Source of the DNA: a virus
Lineage: Duplodnaviria; Caudoviricetes
IMG/VR virus record: IMGVR_UViG_3300025601_000007
DNA: 64,000 bases
Reading direction: 5' to 3' (one strand)
The translations under genes and the position numbers were made by a program. Of the stretch, positions 50,143 to 58,697 are shown piece after piece. Positions within the stretch are counted from its first letter, which is position 1. Each line of letters opens with the position of its first letter. Under the pieces are notes generated by a model, which had not been told where the DNA came from, did no database searches, and saw only the letters and a program-made list of their open reading frames with translations.

Positions 50143-50306
50143 TGTTCTAGAATTTTTAATGTTGTTTTCGTTAGATGATGTTGTTTATCCATGTCTTCTT
50201 TTGTCATTCTAAAAAATGCTTGGATAGAATTTTCTAAAGGAGAAGATTTGGCGTCTGATGTAATGATGTTCGACTTATTTTTCCTTTTTACTACTTTCGT
50301 TGTCAT
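50139..50306 (-). CDS. Small hypothetical protein (55 aa)
   Basis: ATG 50306 overlaps the upstream TAA, and its stop overlaps the DegT start. Confidence 0.55.
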   Translation of the reverse strand: MTTKVVKRKNKSNIITSDAKSSPLENSIQAFFRMTKEDMDKQHHLTKTTLKILEQ

Positions 50307-51253
50307 TATACGTCGGCTGTTTGGCATTCTAATTCTAAAATAAAGTTAGACAACCATCCCCAGGGAGCCAAATATTTTTCCCACAATTGTCTATTATATG
50401 TTTGTAATTTTGTAATTACGAATCTATTTCGTTCCATCCAAGCATCGATATGCTCAGCAATGTTTGGTAGCTCGCTTTCTGGTATAATGATGGCGCAGTC
50501 CTTGTAATTGATTTGGTCTTCGAATGGTAATATTTGGTCGGAATCTATTATTAAAGGAATTCGGCCCATCATCATTGTTTCGTAGAGTCTATAGGAGAAG
50601 TTTCCTGCGCCTCTTGCACAGAGAATAAACACGTTGTTTCGAAGATTGTCTATGAATTCTCTTCGGGCCTGACCCTTGGGGAGCTCTGGTGCCCAGAATC
50701 CTTTTCTCAGAATGAAATCTGTTTCTAGAATGGTTTGTTTTCTGAGTTTTTGTATAGCTTTTCTTCTCACGGGGATAAACGCTTGGCCACAGAATCCAAC
50801 AGACAACTGTTTATTTGGGTTATCGATTATCTTCGATTGGTCGTAAAAATCTCCTGTGAACGCTGGAAATGCATATTCATTCTCTTTTCGGTCTCTGGTG
50901 TTGAATGATGTTCGAAACACATAACCTTGTTCTGGCCTAACATTTATTGGGTTTTCATCGTCATCGTTGTAAATCACAATTATCTTCTTCCCTGCGTCGT
51001 TTGCTTCTTTGATTAACTCTTTGGTCTGAAGGGTGTCTTCATATTTATAAGGAAGGACTGCATAGTCACAATCCTTCAAAGATGCGTATTGAATGATGGA
51101 GTCCCCGCTGGACATTACTCTTGAGAATCTGTCGTTGTGAAGTGGCTCCTGGGGCCAGTTTGATGTATCCTCAAAAGGCATACAGAAGATGGTCTCGGTC
51201 ATCCCTCCATCTTTTCCTTTGAAAGCTTTTTTGTTGTAGTATATTTTGGTCAT
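50306..51253 (-). CDS. Exostosin-family (GT47) glycosyltransferase
   Basis: FILCARGAGNFSYRLYETMMMGRIPLIIDSDQILPFEDQINY, the exostosin C-terminal signature. Confidence 0.85.
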   Translation of the reverse strand: MTKIYYNKKAFKGKDGGMTETIFCMPFEDTSNWPQEPLHNDRFSRVMSSGDSIIQYASLKDCDYAVLPYKYEDTLQTKELIKEANDAGKKIIVIYNDDDENPINVRPEQGYVFRTSFNTRDRKENEYAFPAFTGDFYDQSKIIDNPNKQLSVGFCGQAFIPVRRKAIQKLRKQTILETDFILRKGFWAPELPKGQARREFIDNLRNNVFILCARGAGNFSYRLYETMMMGRIPLIIDSDQILPFEDQINYKDCAIIIPESELPNIAEHIDAWMERNRFVITKLQTYNRQLWEKYLAPWGWLSNFILELECQTADV

Positions 51254-52101
51254 ACCAGTTTTCGTATTAACTCCTTAGCTCCTCCAGCTGACTGGAAGTG
51301 AAGAGTGTTAAAAACGACATTCTCTCCAGTAATTATGTTTTTAATCACGGGCATACCGTCAATCATTTTGAATTTTTTAACAAAAATCTTTCTACCTAAC
51401 CCTATGTCTTGTTCAACCATTTCGTACTCAACTCGCTCTTGGTTCTCTGCCGCGTTGATGTTGTGGTCAAAAGTGGAGCCTTCAAAAACGGATGTCATGC
51501 ATTCGACTTCGTTTTCTTGAGCATACAAATACAATAGAGTCATGTCGCAAATTCCGCCTGGCTGTTTATTTTTGATGTGATGTGCTTGCTTGCGTTTGAG
51601 ACGTTTTCGAGCAGATTTTTCTACATACTGAGCCTTCATAAACACCCAAAGCTTCTCTAACTCTGTAACCGTCATGTAGGACGTGTGCGCGGAGCAACTC
51701 CAGCGATATTCTGGCTGGTGAGTTGGCACGCTCATCCCTATTGAGTTGTGACGAATTCTGGCAGTAATATTCTCGTTTAGGTTTTTGAAAATCAAAACAT
51801 CTGAATCCAAATAAACTGCTGCTATGTGCCCTTTTTCTTTTAAAAGGTTCAGCATCATTTTCCACCTTACAATGCAAATGTGTTCAACCCAGGCTGAGTT
51901 GGTTGACATGTGCGTGTATGTGTCTGTGAATTCCTGAACTCCTTCTAAGTAATCTTCCGATTGGACCACTTCAATTCCTTCGTACTTAACTTTTTGGTCC
52001 GTAATCAAATAGACTGTGTCATGAAATTTCCTCGCTTGCTTCAAGACAGGCTCCAAATACCAGGCTGCTCCAAAATGGATAAAAACTATTGGTAGGTTCA
52101 T
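51250..52101 (-). CDS. GT-A fold glycosyltransferase
   Basis: PIVFIHFG, ICIVRW, YLDSDV (DxD), CDMTLL, TFDHNIN. Confidence 0.65.
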   Translation of the reverse strand: MNLPIVFIHFGAAWYLEPVLKQARKFHDTVYLITDQKVKYEGIEVVQSEDYLEGVQEFTDTYTHMSTNSAWVEHICIVRWKMMLNLLKEKGHIAAVYLDSDVLIFKNLNENITARIRHNSIGMSVPTHQPEYRWSCSAHTSYMTVTELEKLWVFMKAQYVEKSARKRLKRKQAHHIKNKQPGGICDMTLLYLYAQENEVECMTSVFEGSTFDHNINAAENQERVEYEMVEQDIGLGRKIFVKKFKMIDGMPVIKNIITGENVVFNTLHFQSAGGAKELIRKLV

Positions 52102-52898
52102 AATGATAACTCTATTGATTTATGAAAATTCTCTGGGCTCAAGTAGTTGTCGTAAACATCTTTCATCGCAACACGCATGGTATTTATGTCGCTCAAAGAG
52201 AACTCTTCTAATACTTTTGAAATGGTCTTTATCTTTTTCTCTGGGATAGTAACCGAGATTAGGGCCCAATCAATGTCTTCGTGTAAAGGTGGTCTGTATC
52301 CATCTGCTATGATAACAGGTATTGTGCCCATAGCCATCGCCTCAAACATTCTAACCGAGCTTATCCCTGTTCCTCTCGGACAAAGAGCAAACTCACAGCT
52401 AGCCAATGCGTTTGTGTAATTTTTTGAGAACTCCTCTCCCAAGTTTACATCTAGACCCCAGTGGACTCCACTGTCAGTACATTGGTCAGGAAACAACTTT
52501 ACTATTCCCTTCCTAGTGTGATGGGTTGTGGTCGAACCTAGGAATCCAAACAGTTTCGTGCGACCGCAAGGCTGCTCAGAGACATTAACAGGGAAATGCG
52601 GAATAGATATTACATTATTGCTGTCAGTGGCATGTGGGCTACACATGACGCTGTTGTTGTCTACTTGCAGTTGATTCACAAGAATATGCTGACACACAAG
52701 TATTTTTTTCTCCTTCGGGTCCAAAGAGTCTATGACGCTCTGCGTTGCTGGGGCACCAATGTTATTTATCATGTGAGCCAATGGCAGCATGTGAAGAACC
52801 CAGTCATCACTAATAGTGGATTCCTTCAGCTTTTGAAACATTGTTTCTTCTGTCGGAATGTATGGGTCTTTGCCATAATTGTGTTCTACTACTTTCAT
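52098..52898 (-). CDS. Exostosin-family (GT47) glycosyltransferase
   Basis: FALCPRGTGISSVRMFEAMAMGTIPVIIADGYRPP. Confidence 0.85.
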   Translation of the reverse strand: MKVVEHNYGKDPYIPTEETMFQKLKESTISDDWVLHMLPLAHMINNIGAPATQSVIDSLDPKEKKILVCQHILVNQLQVDNNSVMCSPHATDSNNVISIPHFPVNVSEQPCGRTKLFGFLGSTTTHHTRKGIVKLFPDQCTDSGVHWGLDVNLGEEFSKNYTNALASCEFALCPRGTGISSVRMFEAMAMGTIPVIIADGYRPPLHEDIDWALISVTIPEKKIKTISKVLEEFSLSDINTMRVAMKDVYDNYLSPENFHKSIELSL

Positions 52899-53496
52899 AG
52901 TTGAATAAATGTAATCTCTGTTCGTTTAGGGTTTGTTTTCAAAATGACGTAGTCATTTTCCTTCATCATCTCAATCATTTTTTCGGTATCTATTGAGATT
53001 TATCATCCAAACAAAAATGGTGAAACTCTACGCATATTTGCTTAATTCCTACACACTCTTGAAGACACTCATATTCAGAACCCTCTATATCCATTTTGAT
53101 GACGGAAATATTGCTATAACGTTCTCTAAGTTCTTTGAATGAAACACATTTAGCCGTATAAGTTTCTCCCCCAACGCTAGCGTGATTTGGAAGAGCGCTC
53201 TCACTAACCCAGTCGGGGTTTGTATTTTTATGCATCACTATCTCTTTCACTCCGTGTGGGGCCACAGCCTTTTCTAGTAGTTCGAAGTTTTTTGGATTTA
53301 ACTCATTAACATGATTAATGCTTTTTTCAGTTGGGTCCACTCCGACTATTTGTATTTTTCGATGTTCTTGGAGCTCTAAGGGGAAAGTAATGTCTTCTCC
53401 TAGGCCAGCATCGATTATAAAATCGCCGTCTTTAATGTGGTCTAAATCTACGGTCCAACCGCCGTAATCGGTTCCAAAGTGTCTTATATTAGGCAT
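52895..53496 (-). pseudogene. FkbM-like methyltransferase, apparently frameshifted near its C-terminus; ~200 aa if joined
   Basis: GTDYGGW, DAGLGEDITF, KMDIEGSE, EFHH. The ORF stops at 52990, but the -1 frame continues (ISIDTEKMIEMMKENDYVILK...EITFIQL*) to a TGA overlapping the next ATG at 52898. Confidence 0.6.
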
Positions 53497-54136
53497 ATGT
53501 TTTCATTTGTTGCTTTACATACTCAAACATCTCTGCTTTCTTCTCTACTCCAACAGTGAAGTTTGCGTGATGCGCCATTATGTTTCTTGGTAGGATAAAG
53601 TTTTTTTCTCCATTCCAAACTTTCGCTCCGTTAACTGAGGCGATTGTAAAATATTTATCCTGGGGAAGCAATTTATACCGCACTCTACCCTTGTGGACGT
53701 TCATGGCTACTTGGTCGTTTGCAAAGTCAGGAGTAACCTTGTGGATGTGTTTTAAGAATTTCTTCATAACCTTTGTTCCTCTTCCGATGAAAAGTCCAGC
53801 GCATATTGTTCCGTTATCAGATTGAGCAACCATATCAGTCTTGTCATCTATATACGTCAGTATGTCATCGTGGAAATTATCAAAGAACTGAATGTCACAA
53901 TCGGCAAAAACAAATGGTTGGTCTGAATTTTCTTCTGCGGCCCGAATCAAAATATCGACTTTATCAACCATTGTGTCGTTGAAACCTTTTGTTCCGAAAT
54001 CTCCGTTTCCTTTTTGACCCACAACTGTAACGTCTAACTCAAAGTCTTTATCCAAACCCAATCGATTGAATGACTCCAGAAAATAATTTTCGTAGAGCTC
54101 TCTGTGGGACTCGCTATAGAATGTGTAGATTTTCAT
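53489..54136 (-). CDS. Nucleotide-diphospho-sugar transferase (GT-A, GT77-like)
   Basis: MVDKV...FVFADCDIQFF (DxD), ICAGLF, NDQVAMN, HHANFTVG. Confidence 0.8.
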   Translation of the reverse strand: MKIYTFYSESHRELYENYFLESFNRLGLDKDFELDVTVVGQKGNGDFGTKGFNDTMVDKVDILIRAAEENSDQPFVFADCDIQFFDNFHDDILTYIDDKTDMVAQSDNGTICAGLFIGRGTKVMKKFLKHIHKVTPDFANDQVAMNVHKGRVRYKLLPQDKYFTIASVNGAKVWNGEKNFILPRNIMAHHANFTVGVEKKAEMFEYVKQQMKTYA

Positions 54137-54579
54137 CTGAGCTGTCTTTTTATGTTTGATTTAAAATCTTCCGAAACGGTTTTAAGCTCACTTCTCATTA
54201 AGTCTAGCTCAGACGAGTTTGGGTCTCGCTTGATTAATTCGATATTGACGATGTCGTGTTTGCTTATTCTGTTTCTGCATATCATTCTAATTCCAATCAC
54301 GGGAATAAAAAATCTAGCGTTTGGGTCCGCTATGGTGTCGACGATTAAATCCATCATAGTATCTGGGAAAACAGGCATAATTTCTAAGTTGTACTCTTTG
54401 CTTTTCAGCCTTACCGCTGTTTCTAAAATGCTATGATTAATTTGGTCGAACCGTCTTAGCTGTACATAATCGAACTCCCCTGAGTTGTTTTTTACTCCTT
54501 TAATCCAAACTTGGAAATCTGCAAATGTCTTTACAGATTTCAACCGAGTTAGATTTACGATTGAATTACTTACTTTCAT
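54133..54579 (-). CDS. Hypothetical protein (148 aa)
   Basis: Coupled ORF in the operon; no recognisable motif. Confidence 0.6.
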   Translation of the reverse strand: MKVSNSIVNLTRLKSVKTFADFQVWIKGVKNNSGEFDYVQLRRFDQINHSILETAVRLKSKEYNLEIMPVFPDTMMDLIVDTIADPNARFFIPVIGIRMICRNRISKHDIVNIELIKRDPNSSELDLMRSELKTVSEDFKSNIKRQLR

Positions 54580-54581
54580 TA

Positions 54582-55274
54582 TTATGTTTGTTTTAGAGCG
54601 AACCTTTTATTCTTTCTATCTTCAAAAGTTGTCTTATCAACATGAATAGGACCTTCGTTTTTCTGGTAAAGACCGTCCATTTTCCCAAATCCCCACGCCC
54701 AATGCTGGTGCTCAATAATGACCATTGGTGAGTAGTGAACTTTATTTAGAGCCCTGGATACTTCCATGAATTCGTTATCACAATAAAGCGATACGTAAGA
54801 TGGGTGGTATATGTACCCGAACCTATTATAGTATTTTTTTCCGAGTATGCAAAGTGTGTTCAGTTTATCTCCCTGGTGTCCGTCGTTAAAATGGAGCACG
54901 CCATCAAAGTCTGGGAAATGTTTTTTGAAACCTTTTCGAATATGCATGTCATATCCTTGAATCTTTGGCATCATATCATCCGACACCAGCACCACGATAT
55001 TCCAAGGTTCTTCGTGCTCTTGGATGTCTCTGTTGCAAGCGAATATTTTCCCTTTGGATTCTCCCACAACTGCGTTTAGATTCTTGTACTCCGATAATCT
55101 CTCTAACACCTCAGGGGTGTTTAATATTTCATCGTCGTGGTCAATCGAAATAAGGAATGTGAAATTTTTTTTGTCCACCATTAGACCGTAGTACTGGTCG
55201 AGTTTCTCGAAAAGTTTGCCTTTGCGCTCTCGCGCAGGAAACTTAAATAAGATATGTGCGTCTTTCCAACTCAT
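54582..55274 (-). CDS. GT-A fold glycosyltransferase
   Basis: FKFPARER, KIFACNRD, VLVSDDMMP (DxD-like), LYCDNEF. Confidence 0.7.
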   Translation of the reverse strand: MSWKDAHILFKFPARERKGKLFEKLDQYYGLMVDKKNFTFLISIDHDDEILNTPEVLERLSEYKNLNAVVGESKGKIFACNRDIQEHEEPWNIVVLVSDDMMPKIQGYDMHIRKGFKKHFPDFDGVLHFNDGHQGDKLNTLCILGKKYYNRFGYIYHPSYVSLYCDNEFMEVSRALNKVHYSPMVIIEHQHWAWGFGKMDGLYQKNEGPIHVDKTTFEDRKNKRFALKQT

Positions 55275-56083
55275 TCTACAGCTGCGTCTTTTTTACCTGT
55301 GAGCAATCGAAGTATGCCTATATCTTTATGAATCTCTTCCGTTTTTGAAATATCGAAAAAATGAAGCTTGTGACGTTCTCCTTTCATTAGCTGAATATTA
55401 GTGAGCATTTTTGTGAGAAAGGAAGTTTTTTCGTTTTGGTCTGGCTTCTGTGTGAACAAAACGCTTTTTTTTGGACACAGAGATTTATGTCGATGATAAT
55501 TGCCGAACATTTGAAACCCTTCCTGAAGGTCCTCTCGTGTTGTAAACGGAATTGCTTTGATTATTTTGGCGATTTCCTTTTTACGGTAGATACTTCCAGC
55601 GATGGAAAAAGGTTCATTGAAATCAACATAATGGACTGTCCAGTCATATTTAAGAAGCTTCCCCGACTTGCCTTCTGGCTTAAAAATGTTTTCAGCTCCT
55701 AAAGATGAGTTTTTCTTAATGTTCTCACCAAGTCTTGTGTGAATAGATAAGACCTCTTCATCTGAAAAAGTTTTGTCTAAGTCTGGAATAACAAAAGCGC
55801 GATAGAACACATCTTCTGTTGTGCAAAGACAAACATAGTCTTGGTCTGTTCGCTCGTTGATGTCTTTCAGAAAAGCATCTTTGTAACTGTCTACTTTTAC
55901 AAAGTCTAGTTTTTCGCTTTTGTATTCACGAAATATTAGCTCGTACATCAAGGAATAATCCGATGTAGAAGCTTTGTATATTATTGTAGTGGAGTAGTCT
56001 CCAATTACGTTCTCCTTTAAGCTCTGGAGAAAGAGGCGTGTATTAAACGCGGAGTCCTCTGAGAGGGCAATAAATTTCAACAT
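55271..56083 (-). CDS. Glycosyltransferase-like protein (GT-A, possibly degenerate)
   Basis: DYVCLCTTEDVFYR and W...DFNEPFSIAGSIY pattern; sits among glycosyltransferases. Confidence 0.45.
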   Translation of the reverse strand: MLKFIALSEDSAFNTRLFLQSLKENVIGDYSTTIIYKASTSDYSLMYELIFREYKSEKLDFVKVDSYKDAFLKDINERTDQDYVCLCTTEDVFYRAFVIPDLDKTFSDEEVLSIHTRLGENIKKNSSLGAENIFKPEGKSGKLLKYDWTVHYVDFNEPFSIAGSIYRKKEIAKIIKAIPFTTREDLQEGFQMFGNYHRHKSLCPKKSVLFTQKPDQNEKTSFLTKMLTNIQLMKGERHKLHFFDISKTEEIHKDIGILRLLTGKKDAAVE

Positions 56084-56115
56084 TGTTTTCTGCTTGCCTG
56101 GCTGGCAATAAAAAC

Positions 56116-56436
56116 TTAGGAAATGTGCTCGTCGATTTTGTCACTTAACGCTTTTACTGTCTGCATGCCTATAAGAGAAGCTACGCTCTCTCCTTCTTTG
56201 ATTAAGAACATCTGAGGAATACTTCTAACTTTGTACTCTTTTGCGAGCTCAGAGTTTTCGTCCACATTAATTTTAACAATGCGAATGCTATCATATTTAT
56301 CAGCAACTTCATCAAGTACTGGACTAAGGGCTCTACAAGGCCCACACCAGTCTGCATAAAAATCTACAAGAACGAGGGTGTTTTCTTGGATTGTTTGTTT
56401 GAATTCTGCGGTATCTGCATTTGCTACTTCTGCCAT
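56116..56436 (-). CDS. trxA: Thioredoxin
   Basis: VDFYADWCGPCRAL active site; SIPQ cis-Pro loop. Confidence 0.95.
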   Translation of the reverse strand: MAEVANADTAEFKQTIQENTLVLVDFYADWCGPCRALSPVLDEVADKYDSIRIVKINVDENSELAKEYKVRSIPQMFLIKEGESVASLIGMQTVKALSDKIDEHIS

Positions 56437-56656
56437 TTTGTTTGTGTTGTTGTAAGTGTTGTAATCGTAAATAAGATTATAATGCTAAAGTAACAAAATT
56501 CTTTTTCTATGCCTCAATCCGCGTCAACTAAAAAACCTCTATTCCACTTTTCCCAGCTATTTACTTACACAGCCAGAGTTTATATACCTCTAAGCTGGGT
56601 GGAAAGAGAAGCAAAATCAACTTTTTCTTAATATTTATTACAAAACACACACTTCG

Positions 56657-57040
56657 ATGTCTAAGAAATTAAGTCCGACGCTTGTACAGGAAGCTATCCT
56701 TGCAGAAGCAAAGGTAATCAAGAGAAAAAGAGAAATCTACACTCAGCTGCAAGCTTTGAATGAAGAGATTCAACAGCTCGATGAGCGTGGCATGGTAGGG
56801 ACCTTCGGTTTTGAAGGAAACCCTAACGACCGAGTTCATACTTCAAAAACTGGGTTCGTAAACGACTTCCAAAACATTTCACACGTTGCCAGGTTGGCAG
56901 CTGAGTTTGCTGAGGCTGACGCAATAGATGAGTCAACCCAAGAAGAGAATACAAGGCTAAGAGCTAAGCTTGATGAACTGCAGGCTCAGTTGGATGAATC
57001 CAACAAAGCAGTAAAAGCGGAGAAAGCAGAAAAAAACTAA
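56657..57040 (+). CDS. Putative internal head protein (127 aa)
   Basis: TATTTA box 19 nt upstream; LVQE, ILAE, LNEE and LDES motifs. Confidence 0.6.
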   Translation: MSKKLSPTLVQEAILAEAKVIKRKREIYTQLQALNEEIQQLDERGMVGTFGFEGNPNDRVHTSKTGFVNDFQNISHVARLAAEFAEADAIDESTQEENTRLRAKLDELQAQLDESNKAVKAEKAEKN

Positions 57041-57064
57041 GTAATCAATCCCGATAACACAATC

Positions 57065-57853
57065 ATGAAAAAAGTAATTGCAAAATTAACAAAAACAGAG
57101 CTTAATCAGTTGATTGCTGAAGAGTATGCAAACCTTAAGAAGGTAGTATCGCTTAAGGCAAAAAAGGAAGCTATCCAAAAAGAGATTAAGCAGCTAAAAG
57201 AGTCTTACGGGCTTAGTGAGGTTGAGGTTTCTGGTCACAAAGATAAAGGAGATGCCTATTTTATGAAAGGTCTTCCAGTTCAAAAATTCGAAAAGAAAGG
57301 GACTCACTTGAAAGAGATGGACCTTGACGATGAAGAGATGGACACAGAGATGGACACAGAGATGGGTGCAGAAATGGGTGAAGAAGAATGTGGAGAAATC
57401 GAAAGCATGCTTCGCGACCTCGGTAGAAAGCTTGACGCACTAGTTGACGGAAATGAAACACCTGTTGATGCAGGCATGGAAGACATGGAAGACATGGGTG
57501 GAGACGAAGAAGAGCTTGAAGTTGACATGGGTGGAGACGAAGAAGAGCTTGAAGTTGACGAGCAGTCACAAATACCAGTCGCAGGAGGCGATGATTCTTT
57601 TTCTGAGGAAGATATTGTTTCTGATGAAGATGACGAAGACACAATCGACGAACAAGACGGAGAAACTGTGGTTAACGCTGCAAAAGAAGACACCGTTAAT
57701 GATAACATGAGTAAAGTTGATAACAAGAACGCTGAGGCAGACAAACTCTACGAGGGAGCTGGTAAAGGCAGAGGTTCTAGACTTAATCCAAAAGGAAGTA
57801 GGGTTATCAACGAAGAGCTTCAAAGAATGCGAAAACTCGCAAATCTTATTTAA
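57065..57853 (+). CDS. Highly acidic putative head scaffold/internal protein (262 aa)
   Basis: ELNQLIAEE N-terminus, D/E/M-rich low-complexity core, C-terminal RVINEELQRMRKLANLI. Confidence 0.6.
   Translation: MKKVIAKLTKTELNQLIAEEYANLKKVVSLKAKKEAIQKEIKQLKESYGLSEVEVSGHKDKGDAYFMKGLPVQKFEKKGTHLKEMDLDDEEMDTEMDTEMGAEMGEEECGEIESMLRDLGRKLDALVDGNETPVDAGMEDMEDMGGDEEELEVDMGGDEEELEVDEQSQIPVAGGDDSFSEEDIVSDEDDEDTIDEQDGETVVNAAKEDTVNDNMSKVDNKNAEADKLYEGAGKGRGSRLNPKGSRVINEELQRMRKLANLI
57491..57559 (+). repeat. 33-bp perfect direct repeat x2 (DMGGDEEELEV), in frame
   Basis: gacatgggtggagacgaagaagagcttgaagtt at 57491 and 57524; 12-bp gagatggacaca-type repeats also occur near 57334-57380. Confidence 0.9.
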
Positions 57854-57861
57854 TAATAACC

Positions 57862-58173
57862 ATGAAAAAACAGTTTCGGGATATACTGAGAGAGAGTCTA
57901 CAAGAGCAGGCTATTTCTGCTAATTTCGACTCTAAGATAAGCGAAATTGATATTCTTATAGACGCTCATGAGCGTGCGCTTGAAAAGGCTGATAAGGATA
58001 TGAATACTGAGGACCAACCTGCACACAGTGAGGCTTTAAATCGTAGAATCTCGGAACTCGAAAAGCTTATTCCTTTATACGCTAGGAAGGAGCAGTTGAT
58101 GATTCAGACGCTTGATGCAAGCAGGGGAGAGGCAATTGACGCAGTTGACTATGGAGCAGCAGCGGCAGGATAG
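57862..58173 (+). CDS. Putative internal head protein (103 aa)
   Basis: FRDILRESLQEQ N-terminus; last gene before the terminator. Confidence 0.6.
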   Translation: MKKQFRDILRESLQEQAISANFDSKISEIDILIDAHERALEKADKDMNTEDQPAHSEALNRRISELEKLIPLYARKEQLMIQTLDASRGEAIDAVDYGAAAAG

Positions 58174-58191
58174 AACTCTCTTACATGGAAA

Positions 58192-58230
58192 CAAAAAAAA
58201 GGCAACCTTTACGGGTTGCCTTTTTTTGTT
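58192..58230. terminator. Bidirectional intrinsic terminator
   Basis: aaaaaaaaggcaacct-ttac-gggttgccttttttt between convergent genes; same TTAC loop as the 37643 terminator. Confidence 0.85.
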
Positions 58231-58243
58231 TGAACAAATTAAC

Positions 58244-58393
58244 TTAGGTCAACAGCTCTTTTCCATCATCAGTGATAATTTTTTCATCACTTCTTTCGAC
58301 GATGTCGTTGTTTCGTTTTACCTTTTTGGTTATCTTCTTTAGAGAACCAGACTCAATTTCTTCTGGATTTATAAGGTCTTTCTTGTCGCTCAT
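58244..58393 (-). CDS. 49-aa microprotein missed by the ORF track; paralog of 58400-58612
   Basis: MSDKKDLINPEEIESGSLKKITKKVKRNNDIVERSDEKIITDDGKELLT*; begins 6 nt after the upstream stop and ends just before the terminator. Confidence 0.7.
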   Translation of the reverse strand: MSDKKDLINPEEIESGSLKKITKKVKRNNDIVERSDEKIITDDGKELLT

Positions 58394-58399
58394 GATTGT

Positions 58400-58612
58400 T
58401 TATGTTAATAGTTCTCTCCCGTCAAGGGTTTGAATTTTGTAATTTTTCTTCTCTTGTAACTCTGTTACGGAATGGGCCATTCCAAATGATTTCTCCTTCT
58501 GTTCCATCACTCTGTCTTCTTGACTCATTAATCCGTCATGAAGTGTTTTTGCCTTCTCAGCTTTTTCTGGTTGCTGTTGTCCAGCAAAACCATATGCACC
58601 TAAAATGTTCAT
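58400..58612 (-). CDS. 70-aa microprotein
   Basis: TATTTA box 14 nt upstream; C-terminal KIQTLDGRELLT. Confidence 0.7.
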   Translation of the reverse strand: MNILGAYGFAGQQQPEKAEKAKTLHDGLMSQEDRVMEQKEKSFGMAHSVTELQEKKNYKIQTLDGRELLT

Positions 58613-58697
58613 GTTGTGTTTTCATGTAAATAGGCTGATTTTCACAAACATTACCTTATACCCGTTAGTCTCTACTTCTGTGCTTGCTGGGGCGGAG

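Noticed and set aside
57334-57559. 12-bp and 33-bp repeats as a possible mini-array or diversity-generating template
   Set aside because: They are in-frame, contiguous low-complexity expansions in an acidic protein, with no spacers and no reverse transcriptase nearby.
57304-57744. 146-aa Ser-rich antisense ORF and other overlapping ORFs here
   Set aside because: Shadow frames of the Asp/Glu-rich plus-strand gene 57065-57853.
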